The translations under genes and the position numbers were made by a program. The notes under the pieces were generated by a model. It was given only the letters and a program-made list of their open reading frames with translations. It made no database searches and had not been told where the DNA came from. Below, one piece after another: positions 56,502 through 64,000 of a stretch of 64,000 bases of DNA. The stretch covers positions 266,228,001 through 266,292,000 of the forward strand of contig OZ024743.1 in the NCBI GenBank assembly GCA_964016885.1, written 5' to 3'. This stretch comes from Eledone cirrhosa. Taxonomy: Eukaryota. Numbering within the stretch: position 1 is the first letter of the stretch; every line of letters starts with the position of its first letter.

Positions 56502-59500
56502 TCTCAAAAACATTATCATCACAAACAAACTAAACATTACTGATTTAAATCATCTCTATTATGAATCGGCTTAAGTCACCACTCACTTATGTGGAGTGAA
56601 GATGAAAAAACAAAGGAATTCCCACAAGAAATCTACTTGGCAAGAGAACATCAATCGCCAAATAAACCTTCTCCAATCTGACATAGAAATGTTAACAAAC
56701 TATAAAGTAGGTGAACATGTTAAACAAACTAAACTTAGAAAATTGAAAAAAAGTACAGTATAAAATCAACATGTGACATAAACATGCTGATAGAAATAAT
56801 CAAGAAAAAAGTGTCGGCCAAAGCTGCTCGTATAAGGCGCTTTGAAAAACGATCTAAATTCTATAAGGACAATAATATGTTCAAAAACAACCAAAGAAAC
56901 TTCTACAGAAAAATTGGTAAGTCCACAATAACTGCTAAATCAATACCACCCAAGGAGGAAGTGCAAGAATTCTGGGAAAAGATCTGGTCCGAAGAAAAAG
57001 TTCATAACATACATGCCCCATGGATAGACAGACAAATGAAAGATACAGCTCACCTTGAGGAACAAACATGGGAAAATATAACAGTTGAACAGTTGCGCTT
57101 GGCTCTAAGAAAAACCAGCAAATGGAAATCCCCAGGAAAAGACAAAATACAAAACTTGGATAAATACCTTCACAGAGTCTCATGAGCTGTTAGCCCAACT
57201 TTACAATGAAATATTTGAGGAGCCAGAAAAGATACCATCATGGCTAGTTAACGGCATTACATTCCTGCTTCCGAAGAATGATGAGACAAACAATCCCAAA
57301 AATTACAGACCGATAACTTGCTTGACCACAATGTATAAAATGTTAACATCAGTCCTAACTGAATACACATATGACCACCTGATAACAAATGACCTATTTC
57401 CCATTGAGCAGAAAGGGTGTAAACGAGGCTCATATGGCTGTAGGGATCAGCTTTTGGTTAACAAAATGATACTGGAAGATTGTCATAATAGACACAAAAA
57501 TCTATCAATTGCTTGGATAGATTATAAAAAAGCATTCGATAGTTTGCCACACAGTTGGATTGAAAAATGTTTAGAGATTTTCAAAATATCCCCCGTTGTC
57601 AGGAGGTTTTTGTCATTCAGTATGAAGACATGGAAAACGACACTCCTTTTGAATAGTGAAACAAAATCACTGGAAGCTGGAGAAGTTAATATTAATTGTG
57701 GAATTTTTCAGGGTGACTCTTTATCACCGCTTTTATTCTGCATCGCACTTATACCATTAAGTAAAATGCTCAATGAAACAAAACATGGATATAAAGTCTA
57801 TGACAAAACCATTAATCACTTGTTCTACATGGATGACCTGAAACTATTTGCAAAAAATGATGAACAATTGCAAGGGCTATTATCCACTGTGAAGCAGTTC
57901 AGTGATGACATTAAAATGGAGTTTGGACTAGATAAATGCGCCAAAGCAACGTTCACTAGAGGAAAGCTGCTGAAGAGTTCAGACATTAATCTTGATCGGG
58001 GGAACGTGATAAGAGAACTTGAACAAGAAAAAACTTACAAATATCTAGGTGTTTGTGAAGGAGACGGAATCAAGCACTCGACAATGAGGGAAAGGATACG
58101 GAAGAGAGCAAACAGCTGATCTTCTTCGACGCACAGGATCTCTCCGAGAATGTCGTCGCTCTTCTCCTCCACAAGTCCTCTATAGAACGCCGAGGTGGAT
58201 GTTCCACCGATACTGGTGCCCAGCTTGCAGAGGGCGGTGAGCGCCTGGAGACATTCCAGTTTCCAAGCGCTATAACTCGGTCTTTTTCTGACCCAGGACT
58301 GCAGCTCCGCCAAGGAGACGAGCTGTAGGAAAACAGAGTAAGAGCAATCTTAAGAACGGAATTGAATGCAAGGAATAGGATCGATGCCATAAACACGCTT
58401 GCCATACCAGTAGTAACCTACAGTTTAAATGTCATCAACTGGTCAAGCACAGAGATCCGTAGGCTCGATACAAAAATTTGAAAATTCTTAACCATGCACA
58501 GAATGCATCACCCTAAGGCAGATATAGATAGAATATATCTCCCTAGGAAAGAAGGAGGACGTGGGTTAATCCAGTTAGACATTGCGTTGAAAACTGCAAC
58601 AATTGGATTATCTACATATCTAAGGGAATCACATGATTGGATGATCAAACTCGTTTTGAAACACGAAAGCATCAAAAGATCATATTCCATTACAAAAGAT
58701 GCACAAAGATACAGTAATGGACTACAAATTTCAGAAGTCCCATTTACTGCTGAAATGGAAAACACAGAAAAAGCAAAGCAGGTAAAAGTAACTGCAAAGA
58801 AATAACTGCTACAGAAACTGGCTAGGAAATGGCAAGAAAAGCCTTTGTGTGGAAAATACCCAGAGCGAGCTAACAATCCTGATGTTGACAAAACTTTAAC
58901 CCATCAGTGGTTGGCATCTTCTGGACTGGAATCGGAGACTGAAGGACTGATTATATCAGCACAAGATCAGTGTCTGCCAACAACAAATTACCAAGCGAAC
59001 ATAATAAAAAATGGATGCAGCCCATTATGCCGTGTATGCAAAAAAAAACCAGGGACCATTGACCATATAATTTCACTGTGCAGTCCTATAGCTCCAACCG
59101 AATACCTAAACAGGCATGACAGAGCTGCACAATACGTACATTGGATAATGTGTAAGCATTTTGACCTGCCCCATCAAAAGAATTGGTGGGAGCATCAACC
59201 ACCTCCCATACTTGAAAAAGATCACATCTCAATCTTGTGGAACTTTAGCATCCAAATAGACCGAAAAATAGATGCAAATAGACCTGATATAATGTTGAAG
59301 GACTTTCAAAAGAGGGTATGCCTGCTAATTGATATGTCCGTTCCAATAGACAAGAATGTATCTATAAAAACATTTGAAAAATTGAGCAAGTATAAGGACC
59401 TGGAGATAGAAATTGGAAAAATGTGGAAATTGAGAACTAAAACAATACCAGTTGTTGTAGGCGCTCTGGGAATGATACCTAAGGGGTCTAATGATTACTT

Positions 59501-59737
59501 ATCGGAGATCCCAGGAAACCCGCGTATAGGAGACATACAAAAGATAGTACTAATGGGAACTGCCCATATACTAAGGAAGATTCTGTCAATATAAGTACAT
59601 CACAAGTCTAAACACTAAAGATGCATTTGTGAGTATGTATGTTCTTTCTTGAACATGGCGGACCTTGTTGTCTCTTGAGGTCACTGGTTGTGACTTGGTG
59701 ATAACTCGTATGAACATAAAGAAAGATAAATGCAACT

Positions 59738-59798
<61 letters not shown>
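56502..59798 (+). mobile_element. R4/Dong-clade LINE, family B, 5'-truncated and disrupted; contains a Tx1 insert at ~58104-58332
   Basis: Collinear ORF pieces with WKSPG, YRPITCL, GIFQGDSLSP, FYMDDLK, CRVC..DHIISLC and RPDIML..IDMSVP. (TAA)n tail 59738-59798. Confidence 0.9.
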
Positions 59799-59799
<1 letters not shown>

Positions 59800-60998
59800 T
59801 CCCGAGCTGTGTCTATTATTAGGTACAGTGCGGGAATTCTGAGATGGAATGTTGCTGAACAAAAAGAAATGGATAGAAAGACTAGGAAGCTATTGACTAT
59901 CTACAACATGTTCCACAAGAGGAGTGATGTCGATAGACTCTACCTAAGGAGATCTGAGGTTGGAAGAGGTCTTATCAGCATAGAGGACTGTGTTCAGATG
60001 GAGAAAAACAACCTATACAAATACGTGACCTATAGTAAGGAGCCAATGCTCAGAATTGTACTGAAGGAGGGGACAGTAGGCCAGGGGATGTCCAGGGAGG
60101 AAATAACATCAAGGAGGAAGAGCAGCCTTAAGGGAAAATCCCTTCATAGTACCTTCTTTGAGAAAACTGAATTTAGAGATCCACAGACATGGAACTGGTT
60201 GAGAAGAGGAGACCTCAAAAAGGCTACAGAAGGAATGCTAATGGCTGCGCAGGAGCAGGCCCTCAAAACGAAGTGGTTGAAGCACCATATCTACAAGGAG
60301 GAGGCTAGCCCACTGTGCAGGATCTGTGGAGAGAGAGAGGAGACTGTGGCTCACATTGTGTCCGAGTGTAAACACCTAGCCCAGACCCACTATAAGGGCT
60401 GGAGACACGATGTGATGGGCAGGGTGATCCACTGGCACCTGTGCAAAGTAAACAATCTACCACATTCTGAGAAATGGTATGAGCATAGGCCAGAGGCGGT
60501 GATGGAGAACAATCAGGTGAAGGTGCTGTGGGATTTTAGGATACAGACGGACAAAAAACTGGAACACAATAGACCTGACCTGGTGGTTGTGGACAAAGAA
60601 AAAAGATCGTGCCTGATTGTGGATGCGGCCTGCCCGTTCGACACGAGAGTGCAAGAGAAGGAGAGGGAGAAAATTAACCGATACCAGGACCTAAAGTGGG
60701 AGGTGAAAAGGATTTGGAACTGCCATGAAGTCAAAGTGATCCCGATTGTCATAGGCGCACTGGGGACTATCTCCAAAAGTTTCCAGGGATGGTTAAAGAA
60801 AATCGGCCCCTTCACGCTTTTTGGAACGCTTCAAAAGGCATGCTTGCTTGGAACAGCAAGAACCCTCCGATACGTCCTGAATATCTGAGGCTGCAGGTAG
60901 TGGCTTGATATTCAATCCAACGGACTTTCCAGTTAACCAACATCAATGACTGAGATTCAAGGAATAACAATAACAATAATAATAATAATAATAATAAT
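59797..60998 (+). mobile_element. R4/Dong family A, second truncated copy
   Basis: Near-identical to ~55192-56390. Confidence 0.92.
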
Positions 60999-61716
60999 GC
61001 CCATTATGCCGTGTATGCAAAAAACAACCAGAGACCATTGACCATATAATTTCAATGTGCAGTCCTATAGCTCCAACCGAATACCTAAACAGGCATGACA
61101 GAGCTGCACAATACATACATTGGATAATGTGTAAGCATTTTGACCTTCCCCATCAAAAGAATTGGTGGGAGCATCAACCACCTCCCATACTTGAAAAAGA
61201 TCACATCTCAATATTGTGGAACTTTAGCATCCAAACAGACCGAAAAATAGATGCAAACAGACCTGATATAATATTGAAAGACTTTCAAAAGAGGGTATGC
61301 CTGCTAATTGATATGTCTGTTCCAATAGACAAGAATGTATCTATAAAAACATTTAAAAAATTGAGCAAGTATAAGGACCTGGAGATAGAAATTGGAAAAA
61401 TGTGGAAATTGAGAACTAAAACAATACCAGTGGTTGTAGGCGTTCTGGGAATGATACCTAAGGGGTCTAATGATTACTTATCGCAGATCCCAGTAAACCC
61501 GCGTATAGGAGAAATACAAAAGATAGTACTAATGGGAACTGCCCATATACTAAGGAAGATTCTGTCAATATAAGTACATCACAAGTCTAAACACTAAAGA
61601 TGCATGTGTGAATATGTATGTTCTTTTTTGAACATGGCGGACCTTGTTGTCTCTTGAGGTCACTGGTTGTGACTTGGTGATAACTTGTATGAACATAAAG
61701 CAAGATAAATGCAACT

Positions 61717-61757
<41 letters not shown>
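60999..61757 (+). mobile_element. R4/Dong family B, second truncated copy
   Basis: Highly similar to 59020-59737. RLE domain in ORF 61055-61573. (TAA)n tail. Confidence 0.92.
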
Positions 61758-61770
61758 TATTATTATTATT

Positions 61771-63310
61771 AGAAGGGAAGAAGACGCACGAGGTGACGGA
61801 GGTCATGAAATCGCTCCCGTAAGTTTTGAATTTTTAACATATTTAAACCATTTGAGAAATAACAACTCTTAGCACAAATGCTACGTAAAGCACCCGGCTT
61901 GAGCCCCAAAATATTCGGACCCAATATATATTGTCATAAGGCTCAAATATTCAAATATTCAAGTTTGTATTGTACACTGTATATCCAAAAAAAAAAAATG
62001 GCTATAAATGGAAGAAGAACCCCTCCCCTCCTCTCCTCTGGCTACACTATATAGGACAGCTAAACTCACCAACACCAGAAACTAGATACACCACCCACCC
62101 CATCATCTGTGTACACTAAACACAACAGCCAGATAACGACACATTTTCACCTTCACCGCCACCGCTCACTACGGCCATCATTACCACCACTATCCCATCA
62201 CCGCCGCCACCACCCCTTGACTCCGCTACAGCACCATCACTACAGTAATACGGTCACATCACCGCCACCACTGCCTCGGTATCGACATCACCACCACCAC
62301 TGTCTCAGTATCGCTAACGCCGCCAGTCTCCCACTTCCCTGCTGGCTGCCACTTCCACATTATAGAATTCCTACTACTAACAAAGAGGAAGGCATCAAAA
62401 TATATAGATAGACCCAAAAGAAAAAAGAAAAAACAAACAACAAAACCAAAGCAGCACAGCAACAACAGCAAAAAACGAGAAAAACAAACAGAGAAAAACA
62501 AAAACAAAAAAAAGAAACCCCAAAAACGTAAAGAAAATATATTGTTATAAGGCTCAAAACGTAAAGAAAATATATTGTTATAAGGCTCAAAACGTAAAGA
62601 AAATATATTGTTATAAGGCTCAAATATTCAAATATTCAACTTTGTATTGTACACTATATATCCCAAAAAAAAAAAAAAAAAATGGCTATAAATGGAAGAA
62701 GAACCCCTCCCCTCCTCTCCTCTGGCTACACTATATAGGACAGCTAAACTCACCAACACCAGAAACTAGATACACCACCCACCCCATCATCTGTGTACAC
62801 TAAACACAACAGCCAGATAACGACACATTTTCACCTTCACCGCCACCGCTCACTACGGCCATCATTACCACCACTATCCCATCACCGCCGCCACCACCCC
62901 TTGACTCCGCTACAGCACCATCACTACAGTAATACGGTCACATCACCGCCACCACTGCCTCGGTATCGACATCACCACCACCACTGTCTCAGTATCGCTA
63001 ACGCCGCCAGTCTCCCACTTCCCTGCTGGCTGCCACTTCCACATTATAGAATTCCTACTACTAACAAAGAGGAAGGCATCAAAATATATAGATAGACCCA
63101 AAAGAAAAAAGAAAAAACAAACAACAAAACCAAAGCAGCACAGCAACAACAGCAAAAAACGAGAAAAACAAACAGAGAAAAACAAAAACAAAAAAAAGAA
63201 ACCCCAAAAACGTAAAGAAAATAAGAATGAAGAGAGAAGCAGGCGGACGGACAGAGAAGAGGGGGGAAAAAGTAAAACTTAAAAAACTAAAACTAAGTCA
63301 GACATTCGAA
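61771..63310 (+). mobile_element. Probable 5' part of a second Tx1-like element, with a ~0.6-kb tandem duplication (61927-62537, 62603-63222) and 3 x 33-bp repeats at the junction
   Basis: Starts after (ATT)n like the Tx1 at 54095. Leader resembles it (..cccaaaat..tatccaaaaa..aaaaATGGCTA). Duplicated ORFs are offset by 684 bp. Confidence 0.55.
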
Positions 63311-63525
63311 CACTACATTACAATGAAACTTATGCTTATTCATTTCTGGGGCCCTTTCTGCCTGTGTGTTTGTTTGTTTATGTGTGTTCGTATACAGCGT
63401 GGTGATAATGCCACACAAGGGCCAAGTGGGATGGCGGATCCACAGATGGCTATGTAAACATACATTCGCCAATCCTCGATAAGAGTGTTTAAATATCGAA
63501 CATAAACAGTTCGAATAACGGTGAA

Positions 63526-64000
63526 ATGGAGACTAGAACGTCATGTGACAGACTCTCACCCAACAGGTGCCCCCTGGCTCAGCAGCAGGAACCTGACTGT
63601 CAACCAAATACTGCTGATGTTGGAGGAAGGAGAAGAAGGAAAGGGGCCAGAACCAACTGGACGAAAGAATTGAATAGAACTGTTATGCAATGCTACCTGA
63701 AAAGTAACCCCAAGGAGAGGGGCTACAGGAGACGGATGCATAACATCTGGAACGAGATTGGTTTATTTAAATTAGATGAACAAAAATTGGCTGGGCAGGC
63801 TCGGGTAATAAGAACTAATGGGTGGATAAGCGAGCTGGAACTGGAGGAACTGAGCAGAGAGAATGGCTTGGAGATGGCGGGTGTAGTATGCCAGACAAGC
63901 GAGCCGGTGGGAAATGAAGGTGAGGAGGTCCTGAGAACGGAGGAACCACCCGAAGCAGACAATGATCTGAGTACTGAGATAAATAATACCTGGAACAGAG
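63526..64000 (+). CDS. N-terminus of an R4/Dong ORF (Myb-like domain), running off the window
   Basis: Open from ATG 63526: METRTS..RTNWTKELNRTVMQCYLKSNPKERGYRRRMHNIW..DEQKLAGQARVIRTNGWISELELEEL, typical of R4-clade N-termini. Absent from the ORF track because there is no stop. Confidence 0.8.
   Translation, partial: METRTSCDRLSPNRCPLAQQQEPDCQPNTADVGGRRRRKGARTNWTKELNRTVMQCYLKSNPKERGYRRRMHNIWNEIGLFKLDEQKLAGQARVIRTNGWISELELEELSRENGLEMAGVVCQTSEPVGNEGEEVLRTEEPPEADNDLSTEINNTWNR

Noticed and set aside
59665-60888. 407-aa poly-Asn protein
   Set aside because: Chance read-through from the R4-B 3' UTR through (AAT)n into a truncated R4-A copy.
62523-62621. 33-bp repeats as a CRISPR array
   Set aside because: Directly tandem with no spacers, no cas genes, and a eukaryotic context.

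Overview
AT-rich animal genomic DNA made almost entirely of microsatellites and retroelements. The repeat repertoire resembles an Octopus-like cephalopod; this is an inference and cannot be proven here. I see no intact host gene. (1) Penelope-like elements (PLEs) of several families sit in (TA)n tracts. They include two long decayed RT+GIY-YIG copies (34.8-37.6 kb, 37.8-42.5 kb), GIY-YIG fragments, and about a dozen short fold-back elements whose arms carry minimal type I hammerhead ribozymes (HHRs). (2) A near full-length Tx1/L1-clade LINE lies on the minus strand (48.2-54.1 kb). (3) A head-to-tail train of R4/Dong-type LINEs from two families is stacked in (TAA)n tails (54.1-61.8 kb), followed by the 5' ends of two more LINEs. 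(4) There are RTE, CR1/L2-like and CRE-like LINE fragments, tRNA-derived SINEs, non-autonomous Helitron-like elements, and a possible ionotropic-receptor pseudogene (18.2-20.0 kb). The most notable pattern is a shared end rule across sequence-unrelated PLE families. Each insertion has two outward-facing 3' ends: one runs through a 35-100 nt tail that begins with a conserved TACTC-N11-17-GAGTR hairpin, and the other, inverted, stops at a TA-rich site just upstream of that hairpin. Two templated chimeric insertions are also visible. All coordinates and folds were read by eye and may be off by several bases.
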